Source: Candidatus Peribacteria bacterium
GTDB lineage: Bacteria; Patescibacteriota; Gracilibacteria; Peribacterales; Peribacteraceae
Direction of reading: 5' to 3'
DNA: 64,000 nt
Assembly: GCA_028286915.1 (NCBI GenBank)
Contig: JAQBQQ010000017.1
Span: 4,524-68,523 of the forward strand
Below the pieces are notes generated by a model. It did not search any database. It saw only the letters and a program-made list of their open reading frames with translations, and was not told where the DNA came from. This document shows, one piece after another, positions 9,803 to 19,481 of the stretch. The position numbers were made by a program, and so were the translations under genes. Position 1 is the first letter of the stretch. Every line of letters begins with the position of its first letter.

Positions 9803-11074
9803 TTACATAGTATGTTTTTTTGATAAAGGCTTTGGTTCTTCCAGGCGAGTGCGAAGATCACACAACGCATGTGAGTAACGCCGGTAGGCTTCATAGGGTG
9901 AATCGTACGGGCTGAAGTATTTGTGTACGTCGCCGTCACTCCAGTATTTGGTGCACATGTAGTAGAAGTGGTCGGAGGTGGACAGCTTGCGCCAGATTTC
10001 CAGCAGTTCGGTATCACCGGATTCTTTGACGGGGTGCTCCAGTGCAAAGAGTGCGGACAGCGCGGCATCCTGAATAAGGTTGCCCTGCCAGGCCGAAAGA
10101 TCGCGTTCGGAATCAGCCCAGGAAACGTAGCTGTGGGCATCGACAATATTTTTGTGTTTGGCGTTCCATGAATCGATAACCTGCGACGGCGTTGCCGTCT
10201 GCACGCCGCGGTCCTGCCAGATTTTTGGCAGCGCGCGCACGAATTCGAAAATGCCGGTATCAGCCCACTGGTGCTCACCGAACGTTTCGTAGTCCATAAA
10301 AAGGTTAATGTTGTTACCGCCGGATGAAAGCAGCCAGTCGGTAAACGTTTCGGCATTCAGCGGAAAGCCCACCCATGAGCGATCCGAGAAGCGGAAGGCG
10401 ACGTCATCGGACAGGCGGTAGTTTTTGAGCAGCACATGTATGTTGTCGGATCGCTCCGGCAGCGGACGATTATTCTGAATAATCAGTTCACGTTTTTTTG
10501 GCATGCGGAACTTTGGTGGCACGAACGGTTCATTCGGGCTCCTGCCCTCGAGCAGGCGGTCGGCGCCTTCGGCCAGGATTCCTTTAAAGCCCATCAGCCG
10601 GACGGCTTGTGCAATTTCATTACTATAGATGAGTTCGGTATTGCGGAAGACGGACGGCGTCTGGCCGAAAAGTTTTTGGATCTTCTTCACATGCTTGCTT
10701 ACCTGGGCGCAGAATTCATCCAGAGATTTTAAATAACTCAGTGAGTGGTAGTACGTTTCGGCCATGAATTCCACTTTTCCGGTGGCGGCAAGCGCGCGGA
10801 AAGAATCCAGCACATCCGGTCCGTATTCCTCGCACTGGTCCAGAAATACGCCGGACAGGGAATAGGAAACGTAAAAGTCCGGATAGGTTTTTACCAGATC
10901 CAGAATCAGCTTATTGGCAGGCAGATAACATTTTTCGGCCACCTTCCGGAAAATGGCATCGTTTTTTTCGATATCAAAATAATCAGGGTCGCCCTTGCCT
11001 ATATCCGTCACGCGCAGGTCGCGCAGGCGGTACGGCTGGTGGACCTGGAAGTAGAAGCAAATCTTGGGAGTCAT
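9803..11074 (-). CDS. glycoside hydrolase family 57 alpha-glucan enzyme
   Basis: ICFYFQVHQPYRL N-terminal GH57 signature and DYETFGEH block. Start trimmed to the ATG at 11074. Confidence 0.85.
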   Translation of the reverse strand: MTPKICFYFQVHQPYRLRDLRVTDIGKGDPDYFDIEKNDAIFRKVAEKCYLPANKLILDLVKTYPDFYVSYSLSGVFLDQCEEYGPDVLDSFRALAATGKVEFMAETYYHSLSYLKSLDEFCAQVSKHVKKIQKLFGQTPSVFRNTELIYSNEIAQAVRLMGFKGILAEGADRLLEGRSPNEPFVPPKFRMPKKRELIIQNNRPLPERSDNIHVLLKNYRLSDDVAFRFSDRSWVGFPLNAETFTDWLLSSGGNNINLFMDYETFGEHQWADTGIFEFVRALPKIWQDRGVQTATPSQVIDSWNAKHKNIVDAHSYVSWADSERDLSAWQGNLIQDAALSALFALEHPVKESGDTELLEIWRKLSTSDHFYYMCTKYWSDGDVHKYFSPYDSPYEAYRRYSHALCDLRTRLEEPKPLSKKHTM

Positions 11075-11153
11075 AACGGGTGGGGTAGATATGGATTGAA
11101 TGTATAGGTGAATGATTCCGTAGAGAGGCCATACCATGGCGTCTCTACGGATT

Positions 11154-12374
11154 TCAGCATTGCGTCATATCGCGATAGATAGAAGAAACTTTGCCGGCCT
11201 GGTTTTGCCAGGTAAGCCGCTGGAGAACGCGCGGAGCTTCGGCCTGTAGCTGCATGGCCAGTGGTTCCTCGCGCAGGATTGTCAGCAGGCAGTCGGCCAT
11301 CATGTCGGTGTCCCAGTAGTCTACTTTATACGCGTGCTCCACCACCTCTGCGGCGCCGGACTGCTTGCTTAGAATGACAGGTGTGCCATGGGCAATAGCT
11401 TCCAGTGCCACCAGGCCGAATGGTTCGGAGAGCGAAGGCATGACAAAGCAATCGGCTGCCCGGTAGAGCGCCTCGATTTCTTTGCCCTGTACCTTGCCGG
11501 TAAAGATAATGTTGTCGGCCAGGCCGAGTGCGCAGGCGCGGTCTACCAGTTCGTTTAACATGGAGCCATCGCCAGCCATGATGAACTGCGCATCCGGCCG
11601 GTAGTCATGCACGCGCTTGGCTACTTCCAAAAACTGCCATGGGTTTTTCTGAATGGTCAGGCGGCCCAGAAACAGAACGATTGGTTTTTTCTTCTTTCCG
11701 GTCTGGCTCATAATGACCGGCTCCGTGCTGGCTGCTTTCTGATCGTGGCCGTTATACACAACATTGATCTTGTCTCCGTTAATGCCATAGTGATCCGTTA
11801 GCATATTCTTGGTGTACTGGCTCACGGCAATCACTTTGTCGGCAGCCATAAGGCCTTTGCGTTCCTTCTCGGCAATCCATGGATCCGGCGAGAAGTTGGT
11901 TCGGTCCAGTTCGGTTGCATGTATGTGAGCGATGAACGGCTTGTCGTGATACCGTGCGGCGCGTGCACCCGCTTCAAACGTCATCCAGTCGTGGCTGTGT
12001 ACGACATCGGCATGAATGTCTTTCGTCATTTCCACGCTCATGGCCGTGAACTGTTCGACGGCTTGTCCGAGATCCGGTCCGTAGAGCGTATTGATTTCAC
12101 GTGGAATATTGTGGATATTCAAGCGCGCGGCATACTCTTCAAAATTATCATACGGCTGCAATGCGCTTTGCACCTGAATAATAGTGCGCACTTCTTCCGT
12201 AGGAAAACGCACGTCCATATTTTCTTCCGTAGCGCCCTGGTTGTGCGGCAGAACGAGCGTGACATGTACGCCGTTTTTCAAAAGTCCGCGCACGAGTCCC
12301 TGGCAGGCAACGCCAAGACCGCCGGTGTGGTGCGGAGGATATTCCCAGCCGAACATGAGCGTATGCAATTTCAT
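11154..12374 (-). CDS. glycogen-synthase-like glycosyltransferase (GT4/GT5, GT-B fold)
   Basis: N-terminal EYPPHHTGGLGV motif and C-terminal PSLSEPFGLVALEA motif of retaining GT-B enzymes. Confidence 0.8.
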   Translation of the reverse strand: MKLHTLMFGWEYPPHHTGGLGVACQGLVRGLLKNGVHVTLVLPHNQGATEENMDVRFPTEEVRTIIQVQSALQPYDNFEEYAARLNIHNIPREINTLYGPDLGQAVEQFTAMSVEMTKDIHADVVHSHDWMTFEAGARAARYHDKPFIAHIHATELDRTNFSPDPWIAEKERKGLMAADKVIAVSQYTKNMLTDHYGINGDKINVVYNGHDQKAASTEPVIMSQTGKKKKPIVLFLGRLTIQKNPWQFLEVAKRVHDYRPDAQFIMAGDGSMLNELVDRACALGLADNIIFTGKVQGKEIEALYRAADCFVMPSLSEPFGLVALEAIAHGTPVILSKQSGAAEVVEHAYKVDYWDTDMMADCLLTILREEPLAMQLQAEAPRVLQRLTWQNQAGKVSSIYRDMTQC

Positions 12375-12569
12375 GAATGTGTGTTTGATGTTTATTTGTT
12401 ACGTTTGATCCGGATGTTTTTCTCACCAAAATCTATGAATTATAGCAAATTCCGGTTCAAAAAGCCAGCCCTGATGCGCTTTAGGATTGTGTCAGTATCC
12501 TGAACACAATAAAAGTTTGTATAACACGTCTAAAACAAGCGTGTGGAGCGTTTTGTGAAATAAATGTTG

Positions 12570-13760
12570 CTAGAATGTACTTCCAAAGACGCGCAACTTC
12601 GTACCCACTTTCTGGAAAAACCAGATATTACGGAAGGTGGTTTGGAAGAGCGGTTCGCCGTTGGCAAGCAGCTGCCAGCGGTTTCCGGCATAGTTGCGCA
12701 TGTAGGCGATATTGTTCGTATCCAGTTGCACGCCCTGAAAATCTATCGGATGGGAAAAAGAGAATGGCTGTCCCACAAGCTTGCCGTCTTTCAGCAAGTA
12801 CATGGCAGTTTCTCCTTTTTTCGCGGCTCGCGTGGCGTATGAATCGTTATGAAAATCGATAAATCCTTCCAGGTTGGAGAGCGGCGGCGTCTTCATTTCT
12901 TCTTTATTTTTATACAAATGCACATTGTATGATGCGACATCCGTTGGTGTTACTGAATCGAAGGCCGCATGCCAGAGATTACCCTTGGGGTCTTCAAACA
13001 GAAAACCGCCGTAGCCTTTGGCCGTGAAATACGGAATAGTATTTTTATACAAAATATAATTGTCTCCGCTGTGGGCGAAGAACGCTACATCGCCGTTGGA
13101 CAGGACAAGAAAGTTCGACGGATTTTCCACCGGTGTTTCCACCAGCTTTGTGCCATTGACGTAGAGATACGCATTCCCTTTTTCGGTCAGCGTATAAAAC
13201 AAATCCTGGCCATGTCCGCGCAGGTATTCAACCGTGCCGTCCGGGTGTTCATGAAGCGTGACCGACGTGCCTGTACGTGTATCGAACATACGGATGCGAT
13301 GTGTTTCCGGAAAATACAGACGTCCGGCATTCTCGTAAACGGTTGTCGTGCCGCGGTCGTACTCAAAGGCATTATCCATACTGGAAAGCTGCGTTGCATC
13401 GTAGAAAAGCTGTGTCGGGTTTACGGCTGAAAGCAGGTGTCCGTCTTCCGTAAAGCGGAATACGGCTGGAATGTGCGGCGTTTTCTGCGTGCCGGTGATC
13501 AGTAGCTTCGTATTCACGTATAATTTAAACTGATTGTTCTTGTTGCGGAAAAGGAAGGCAATCTGGTTCCCCGGCGCATCGGCAGTAATGGCAATGAGCG
13601 TTTTCCGGTCAGCGGTAATGTGAAATTGGCGAAGTACGTCATCTATCCGAATGGTAGACATATAGTCTGGCATGGGTTTTGCGGCGGCATGTGCCTGTTG
13701 ATGGCTACCAATGAGCAGGCAGAGCAGGAGACCGGAGAAAAAACGGCGTACGTGTACCAT
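12570..13760 (-). CDS. secreted hypothetical protein
   Basis: Signal peptide from MVHVRRFFSGLLLCLLIGSHQQAHA. Beta-rich repeats, no enzyme motif seen. Confidence 0.5.
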   Translation of the reverse strand: MVHVRRFFSGLLLCLLIGSHQQAHAAAKPMPDYMSTIRIDDVLRQFHITADRKTLIAITADAPGNQIAFLFRNKNNQFKLYVNTKLLITGTQKTPHIPAVFRFTEDGHLLSAVNPTQLFYDATQLSSMDNAFEYDRGTTTVYENAGRLYFPETHRIRMFDTRTGTSVTLHEHPDGTVEYLRGHGQDLFYTLTEKGNAYLYVNGTKLVETPVENPSNFLVLSNGDVAFFAHSGDNYILYKNTIPYFTAKGYGGFLFEDPKGNLWHAAFDSVTPTDVASYNVHLYKNKEEMKTPPLSNLEGFIDFHNDSYATRAAKKGETAMYLLKDGKLVGQPFSFSHPIDFQGVQLDTNNIAYMRNYAGNRWQLLANGEPLFQTTFRNIWFFQKVGTKLRVFGSTF

Positions 13761-13901
13761 ATATAAAGAGGGGAACGGAGCACAGTGTAGCAGGAATGAA
13801 AAAATACGACTGCTTTTGAATTGCATTATTTTTACTATCTTCGGATTGCAATATCCGGAGGCTCATTGCGTCAAACACAGGTATTTGTTTTCTGTCTGTC
13901 T

Positions 13902-14804
13902 ATGTCCATTCATTCAACACGGCGTTCCGCTACCAAGAAACTTAAAGAGCCCATGCCGCCTTTTCCCGCTCAGCACCAGGAAAAGCCGGGACTGGAATCC
14001 CAGCTTGATCCGCGTCCGCGATATGAGGCGCCGCTCTATAAAGGAGCAGATAAGCTGCTTGGCCGTACGGCGCTCATTACCGGTGGCGATTCGGGTATTG
14101 GTCGTGCCGTTGCCGTGTTATTTGCCCGTGAAGGGGCGGACATAGCTATTGTGTACCTGGCCGTTGAGCAGGAAGACGCCGAGGAAACCAAGCGGGCTAT
14201 TGCGAAAGAGGGCAGAAGATGTCTGCTCATTCCGGGCGATGTGAAGGACGCCGCGTTTTGCCGGAAGGCGGTGGAAACGACTGTGGAAAAGTACGGGAAG
14301 CTGGATATTCTCGTGAACAATGCGGCCTATCAGCAGCATCAGGAGACTATTGAAGATTTATCCGAAGCCCAGTTCGAGAAGACGTTCCGGACCAATATTT
14401 TCGGCTATTTTTACATGGCCAAAGCGGCGTTGGCGCACATGAAAGAGGGCAGCGTGATTATTAATACGGGTTCCGTCACCGGACTGGAGGGGAATAAACA
14501 GTTGCTGGATTATTCGGCAACCAAAGGTGCCATTCATGCGTTTACCAAGTCGCTTGCACAGCAGTTGGTGGACCGTAAAATCCGGGTAAACTGCGTGTCG
14601 CCCGGACCGGTGTGGACGCCGTTGAATGTGGCGGATAAGCCGGCCGATAAAGCCGGTACGCATGGTGCGGATACTCCCATGAAGCGTCCGGCTCAGCCGG
14701 AAGAAGTGGCGCCAAGTTATGTTTTTTTCGCATCAGAAGCAGATAGCAGCTATATCACCGGCGAGATAATTACGCTTTTGGGTGGAGAAACAGCGGCTGC
14801 ATAA
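13902..14804 (+). CDS. SDR-family oxidoreductase (YghA/YdaD general-stress type)
   Basis: ALITGGDSGIGRAV Rossmann motif and YSATKGAIHAF catalytic Y-x3-K. Start trimmed to the ATG at 13902. Confidence 0.9.
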   Translation: MSIHSTRRSATKKLKEPMPPFPAQHQEKPGLESQLDPRPRYEAPLYKGADKLLGRTALITGGDSGIGRAVAVLFAREGADIAIVYLAVEQEDAEETKRAIAKEGRRCLLIPGDVKDAAFCRKAVETTVEKYGKLDILVNNAAYQQHQETIEDLSEAQFEKTFRTNIFGYFYMAKAALAHMKEGSVIINTGSVTGLEGNKQLLDYSATKGAIHAFTKSLAQQLVDRKIRVNCVSPGPVWTPLNVADKPADKAGTHGADTPMKRPAQPEEVAPSYVFFASEADSSYITGEIITLLGGETAAA

Positions 14805-14816
14805 AAATATAAAAAA

Positions 14817-14843
14817 GACCTGTCCGCCAGAAACGGACAGGTC
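14817..14843. terminator. bidirectional hairpin terminator between convergent genes
   Basis: GACCTGTCCG / CGGACAGGTC 10-bp stem, flanked by an A-run (plus strand), which is a T-run on minus. Confidence 0.7.
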
Positions 14844-15392
14844 TTAGGGGCAACGGGTGCGATCTGCCGCGAGCGGCAGGTTGGATGTTTTCTTCATTGT
14901 CACGGCCGGCAACGGGCGCTGGATAGCCCTCATCGTTTCCGCAGGAACACTGAGCCGCAAAAAGTGCGGCACGGTATGTCCGCTGAAACCTTCTTTTTTC
15001 AACAGCCCCTCATACACCGACAGCATAGTTTGCAAGGCATGGCACTGTCCGCCGTATTCCCTGTGCCAATAGGTCACAGTCCAATACCAGTCATCGGGTG
15101 AGCCGCGATGATGTAGCCATGCGTAGAAATTTTCCGTGTCATCGGCATCTCCCGCCGTGTGGTAGGTTTTCCCAAGAGCCTGCTCATATTTTTCCGGCTC
15201 CTGGAGTTGGCCATTGATGCGGATGAGCTTTTCCGTTTCATATATCAGATCATCGCGTACTGTCAGAAGACGGTTGGCTTTTTGTTGCAGGCTCCCGGTA
15301 CCGGGTAACGATGCCGTGCGAAGATTTGACGACAGTGGCACCAGGAGCGCCAGAATGCTGAGCAGTAGTGTGCTGTAAGCTCGTCGGGTCAT
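14844..15392 (-). CDS. hypothetical exported protein
   Basis: ATG at 15392 gives MTRRAYSTLLLSILALLVPL, a signal/anchor. No known motif. Confidence 0.4.
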   Translation of the reverse strand: MTRRAYSTLLLSILALLVPLSSNLRTASLPGTGSLQQKANRLLTVRDDLIYETEKLIRINGQLQEPEKYEQALGKTYHTAGDADDTENFYAWLHHRGSPDDWYWTVTYWHREYGGQCHALQTMLSVYEGLLKKEGFSGHTVPHFLRLSVPAETMRAIQRPLPAVTMKKTSNLPLAADRTRCP

Positions 15393-15553
15393 GGGATCCT
15401 TTCTTTTGATCACACCGTGTTGCCAAAGAGCATTGGCAAACGCCAATGGGATTACCCTAAGGCAGTTCATGCCGGTGTGAAAGTTTTTCTGCCGCGTTGC
15501 CCGGAAAAAAGCGGCTGGAACCGCTTTTATTGTCGTCGTCAGTTTTCCATGCC

Positions 15554-16351
15554 TTACTTTCGTCCGCGTTTTTTTCTGGTGGCTCCCCGGATTACTTTCC
15601 CGGATGTCGGCTTGAGTCCGCCGGCCTTGGCCTTACCGCGGGTGTTGCCACCCTGCTTGGTGAAGGCAATCTTTGCTTTCTTTAGTCCTGTAGGAGCTTT
15701 CTTCCTGGCTGGAGCTTTGGACGCTGCTTTTTTCATAGGCAATTTCTTGGTTACAGACTTCCTGGCTGGTGCACTCTTAGACGTCCTGGCCTTGGCAGTC
15801 TTACTTTTTTTCACAACAGCCTGTCTGCGAACCGGCTTTTTTACAGCTTTTTTCATTGTCTTCCGTATGATTTTCCTCGGCTTCAGTTTCGCGGTTTTCT
15901 TTGGAGCTGCCTTTTTTACTGCTTTCCTGACGGGCTTTGCGGTTTTTTTAGCCAGCTTTTTTACCGGTGCCTTTTTAGTAATGGCTTTTTTTGGAGCTGC
16001 CTTTGCTTTTGGTGCAGGTTTGGCTGGAGGTTCATTCTTTATAACAGGCTTGGAAATGGTTTTCTTCCCGGCATCCAGCATGGTGCCTTCCAGTATGTTT
16101 GCGCCACGGTCACCATATTCACCCTCGTTATTATTTGTATCATGCGGTTCAGTTTTGGTATTGGCCGCCTGCTTTGGCTGTATGTCGGTGAAAGGGGATT
16201 TGTCGTTCATGGATGCGCCATTGTCGGACGTGCTGCGGCCTTCCGTATCGTAGATGTAGCTCTGGCCGGCTTCATCGGTTGGCGGATTTTGATTGTAGTC
16301 ATCGCCGAAAATAGAGGAGAACGGCCGATGGTCTGGTGTATCGATTGCCAT
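15554..16351 (-). CDS. lysine/alanine-rich histone-H1-like (Hc/AlgP-like) basic protein with acidic N-terminus
   Basis: About 170 C-terminal residues of KKA/AKK/PVKK repeats. The N-terminal roughly 90 aa are acidic/polar. Confidence 0.6.
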   Translation of the reverse strand: MAIDTPDHRPFSSIFGDDYNQNPPTDEAGQSYIYDTEGRSTSDNGASMNDKSPFTDIQPKQAANTKTEPHDTNNNEGEYGDRGANILEGTMLDAGKKTISKPVIKNEPPAKPAPKAKAAPKKAITKKAPVKKLAKKTAKPVRKAVKKAAPKKTAKLKPRKIIRKTMKKAVKKPVRRQAVVKKSKTAKARTSKSAPARKSVTKKLPMKKAASKAPARKKAPTGLKKAKIAFTKQGGNTRGKAKAGGLKPTSGKVIRGATRKKRGRK

Positions 16352-16432
16352 AAGTAGATAAAAGTAATGTAGTAGCTAATACTACTCTGATTATCTGACT
16401 TTTCAAGTTTGTTTAGCCATTTAGCATGTATT

Positions 16433-16514
16433 TCGTTTATTCGTTGGTTTGTTGGTTCGTTAGCTCGTTATTTTATTCCTAACGATAAACGAACAAACGA
16501 AAAACGAACAAACA
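16433..16514 (-). terminator. long imperfect inverted repeat directly after the stop of the FAD/Rieske gene
   Basis: CGTTTATTCGTTGGTTTGTTGGTTCGTT... pairs imperfectly with ...AACGATAAACGAACAAACGAAAAACGAACAAACA. Confidence 0.4.
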
Positions 16515-16515
16515 A

Positions 16516-18042
16516 TTAGTCAGCCTCAATCATTACCAGATTCCTACTCGACGGACCATTCACCACAGTGCCATAGCGGTCAAAGCGGGAGCCATGGCAG
16601 GGGCAGTCCCAGCTTTTTTCACCGGAATTCCAATGCACAATACAGCCTTTATGCGGACAAACAGCTGACAATTCATTCTTTTTGCCAAATGCGTCGCAAT
16701 ATACGGCGATGCGTTTGGTGCCGCGCCTCACAACCATGCCGGTCTCTGTTTTCATTGGCACGTCATCATGCTTACCCGGCCTGAGCCAGTCGGCATATTC
16801 GCCGGCTACATTTGCATTCTCTTTCACAAACTCTTTCAGGTCACCAATGGTTTTCCGGCCGGGGTCGTACAGGTCTGCCCATGGATTTTCTGTGCCGAGA
16901 ATGAGATCGCGGATGAGCATGCCGCCGATGGTGCCGTGGGTCATGCCCATGCCGGAATCACCGGTAATAATGTATACGTTGTCTGTATCAAGTGGTTTCC
17001 GGCCAATCATAGCCAGGCCATCTACAGTTTCCAATACCTGGCCGGACCAGTGGTAGAGTACCTTTGTCGCCGCCGGAAAGCGTTTGCGGGCCCAGGTTTC
17101 CAGCCGTTGGTAACGGAGCCCCGCATCATTCGCCTGGCCGGTTTTATGGTCTTCACCGCCGACAATCAGCACATCGTGGTTTTTCTGCGAATCGTCTACC
17201 CGAACGTAGTGGTAGGGATCTTGCGTATCCCAATAGAGCGCTTTCTGTAGTGTTTTTTTGGGAATCTTCAGTCCCACTACATACGTGCGGTAGGGCGCCT
17301 GCCGCGTATAAATTGTGGCATTATCATTGATAGGCGCATTGGTTGCCACAACTACCGATGCGGCCGTCACAGTATGGCCATTGGCTGTTTTGATGACCGC
17401 CGTCTCACCGCCTTTCACGGAATCCACATGCGTATTTGTATGAATAATGCCGCCCATTTTTTCCACCGCATCAGCCAGGCCTTTGAGGTACAGCAGCGGA
17501 TGAAACTGGCCCTGATCCGGAAACTGTAAATGCACGCCCATATCAAACGTATTCGGCGGCACGCGTGTTTCAATTGTCACATCCGTGAGCCCGGCCCGGT
17601 GCGCCGCCGCTAGTTCCCTGTGTAAAATATCATTTGATTCACCTTCGGGTACAAATAAGTAGCCATTCAACCGTTCAAAGGCACAGTCGATTTTTTCGCT
17701 GCGTACGATTGTCTCAATCTGGTTGATGGCAGCCGTATGGCTCCCGGCCGCCAGTGCGGCTTTTTCTATGCCATGGATTTTTTCCAGTTCTACATATCTG
17801 TCATCCAGTGCGTTGGCCAAATGGGCCGTTGTCCGTTCGGTTTCCCCGGCGCCAACCCCTCTATCGGCCAGCACCAAGACTTTCGTACCTTCTTTGGCCA
17901 GCAGATACGCAGTAGTCAGCCCGGCAATTCCGGCTCCTATAATACATACATCAGTTGTTACGTCCGTCGTAAGCGCTTGTCGGTCCGGAATATGGGCAGT
18001 ATCCATCCAAATAGAAACAGTGGTTCCGGATGATGCAGGCAT
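16516..18042 (-). CDS. FAD-dependent oxidoreductase fused to a C-terminal Rieske [2Fe-2S] domain
   Basis: DVCIIGAGIAGLTTAY dinucleotide-binding motif. C-terminal CPHKGC...CPCHGS Rieske ligands. Confidence 0.85.
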   Translation of the reverse strand: MPASSGTTVSIWMDTAHIPDRQALTTDVTTDVCIIGAGIAGLTTAYLLAKEGTKVLVLADRGVGAGETERTTAHLANALDDRYVELEKIHGIEKAALAAGSHTAAINQIETIVRSEKIDCAFERLNGYLFVPEGESNDILHRELAAAHRAGLTDVTIETRVPPNTFDMGVHLQFPDQGQFHPLLYLKGLADAVEKMGGIIHTNTHVDSVKGGETAVIKTANGHTVTAASVVVATNAPINDNATIYTRQAPYRTYVVGLKIPKKTLQKALYWDTQDPYHYVRVDDSQKNHDVLIVGGEDHKTGQANDAGLRYQRLETWARKRFPAATKVLYHWSGQVLETVDGLAMIGRKPLDTDNVYIITGDSGMGMTHGTIGGMLIRDLILGTENPWADLYDPGRKTIGDLKEFVKENANVAGEYADWLRPGKHDDVPMKTETGMVVRRGTKRIAVYCDAFGKKNELSAVCPHKGCIVHWNSGEKSWDCPCHGSRFDRYGTVVNGPSSRNLVMIEAD

Positions 18043-18136
18043 GGGAAAAAGAGGGACAGTCCCATAGATGACGGATAGGTGTTCATTGGTCTTACCTTTC
18101 TCTTTTGTTGTGTTTACGGGTTTGTAATTATAACTC

Positions 18137-18165
18137 TTGCAATTACGTACGTAAAAGCGTACGAT
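18137..18165 (+). promoter_or_regulatory. yefM-yoeB promoter TTGCAA-17-TACGAT with a 12-bp palindrome in the spacer
   Basis: -35 at 18137-18142, -10 at 18160-18165. Perfect palindrome TTACGTACGTAA at 18143-18154. ATG 18172 is 6 nt after the -10. Confidence 0.55.
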
Positions 18166-18171
18166 ATGGGT

Positions 18172-18414
18172 ATGACTTCCGTTTCCGCTACCACAGCACG
18201 CTCTACTTTATACCGTCTCATTGAGAATCTTCAGAATGGGCAGGCACCAGTTTTGATTACCGGTAAGAAAGGAAACGCTGTATTGGTTTCCGAAGATGAC
18301 TGGCGCGCTATAGAGGAGACCATGTACTTGTCTTCTATCCCCGGCATGGCCGAATCCATAAAACAGGGAATGAAAGAGCCTATTGAAAGTGGCGTTGATA
18401 CGATTGATTTATGA
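18172..18414 (+). CDS. yefM: type II antitoxin, Phd/YefM family
   Basis: MTSVSATTARSTLYRLIE...PVLITGKKGNAVLVSEDDWRAIEETMYL aligns position-for-position with my recollection of the E. coli YefM N-terminus. Stop overlaps the toxin start (ATGA). Confidence 0.85.
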   Translation: MTSVSATTARSTLYRLIENLQNGQAPVLITGKKGNAVLVSEDDWRAIEETMYLSSIPGMAESIKQGMKEPIESGVDTIDL

Positions 18415-18674
18415 TATATCGCCTTATTTTTATGAAGCAGGCGGTGAAAGACGCAAAAAAGATTAAGAATACGCCGCTGGCTACAAAAGTAAAAAAGCTT
18501 TTAAAAATTCTGGAAAATAATCCTTTTGCTTCACCTCCTTCGTATGAAAAATTATTAGGTGATTTAGAGGGAGCTTATTCCAGGCGTATTAACCTGCAAC
18601 ATCGTTTGGTGTATCAGGTATTGGAAAAAGAGAAAATTGTGAAAATAATCCGGATGTGGACGCATTATGAATAA
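18411..18674 (+). CDS. yoeB: type II toxin, Txe/YoeB family mRNA interferase
   Basis: 87 aa with the C-terminal RRINLQHRLVYQV...IIRMWTHYE signature of YoeB. Confidence 0.9.
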   Translation: MIYRLIFMKQAVKDAKKIKNTPLATKVKKLLKILENNPFASPPSYEKLLGDLEGAYSRRINLQHRLVYQVLEKEKIVKIIRMWTHYE

Positions 18675-18680
18675 GCTTTT

Positions 18681-19481
18681 CTACCTCACCCCCTTCCAGC
18701 CCAGCGCCAGTAAAAAGAATCCCAGAGCGCATATGACGATGGTGCCGCCGCTGGCCAGGTTACCGTAATAGGAAATGAAAAGGCCGCCAGTAACCGATAA
18801 GAGCGAGCAGATGACGGCAATAATAAGCGTGTGGCGGAAGCTTCTGGCGATCTGCATGCCGGTAAGAACCGGAATCACCATAAGTGCGCCGACCAGCAAA
18901 ATACCCACGATCCGCATGCTTAAGGATACCGTTACAGCCGCTAAAATAACCAGAATCGTGTTATAGATAGACGCTTTTATTCCACCGGCTTCGGCCAGTT
19001 CTTCATCAACCGATAACAGGAAAAGTTTTTTGTAGAGAATGGTGACGGTAAGGATCACCAGCAGGCCGAGTCCGAGAATGAGTGACACATCAGTCTGTGA
19101 AACTGTCGTAATGCTGCCGAATAAATAGCTTACAAAGTTGGCATTGCCGCCGGGCGCGATGCTCATGAGGATGACGGCGATGGCCAGGCCGCCGGAGAGA
19201 AACAATGAGAGTAGCTGTTCGCCTTGTGCGGCGCGCTTCCGGCGGAGTGTTTCAATGCTTACGGCGCCAATAACGGCGGTTAGCACTGCCGATACCACCG
19301 GCTGCACGCCAATGAGTACGCCCAGTGCCACGCCGGCCAGCGCAATGTGCGACAGTGTATCGGCCATAAGCGCGTAACGGCGTGTGACGAGGAATATGCC
19401 GATGAGCGGCGCAATGATGGCGATCATGAGGCCGGCTACAAATGCGCGTTGCATGAAGCCGTATTGAAATATTTCAAACAT
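18681..19481 (-). CDS. metal (Zn/Mn) ABC transporter permease (ABC-3 family)
   Basis: Polytopic ZnuB/MntB-like sequence. ATG at 19481 avoids a long overlap with the ATPase gene. Confidence 0.85.
   Translation of the reverse strand: MFEIFQYGFMQRAFVAGLMIAIIAPLIGIFLVTRRYALMADTLSHIALAGVALGVLIGVQPVVSAVLTAVIGAVSIETLRRKRAAQGEQLLSLFLSGGLAIAVILMSIAPGGNANFVSYLFGSITTVSQTDVSLILGLGLLVILTVTILYKKLFLLSVDEELAEAGGIKASIYNTILVILAAVTVSLSMRIVGILLVGALMVIPVLTGMQIARSFRHTLIIAVICSLLSVTGGLFISYYGNLASGGTIVICALGFFLLALGWKGVR

Noticed and set aside
15417-16253. 278-aa plus-strand ORF rich in F/A/L/G
   Set aside because: It is the mirror image of the Lys/Ala-rich gene on the minus strand (AAG/GCN repeats read as CTT/NGC). 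It has no start context and a low-complexity hydrophobic product.
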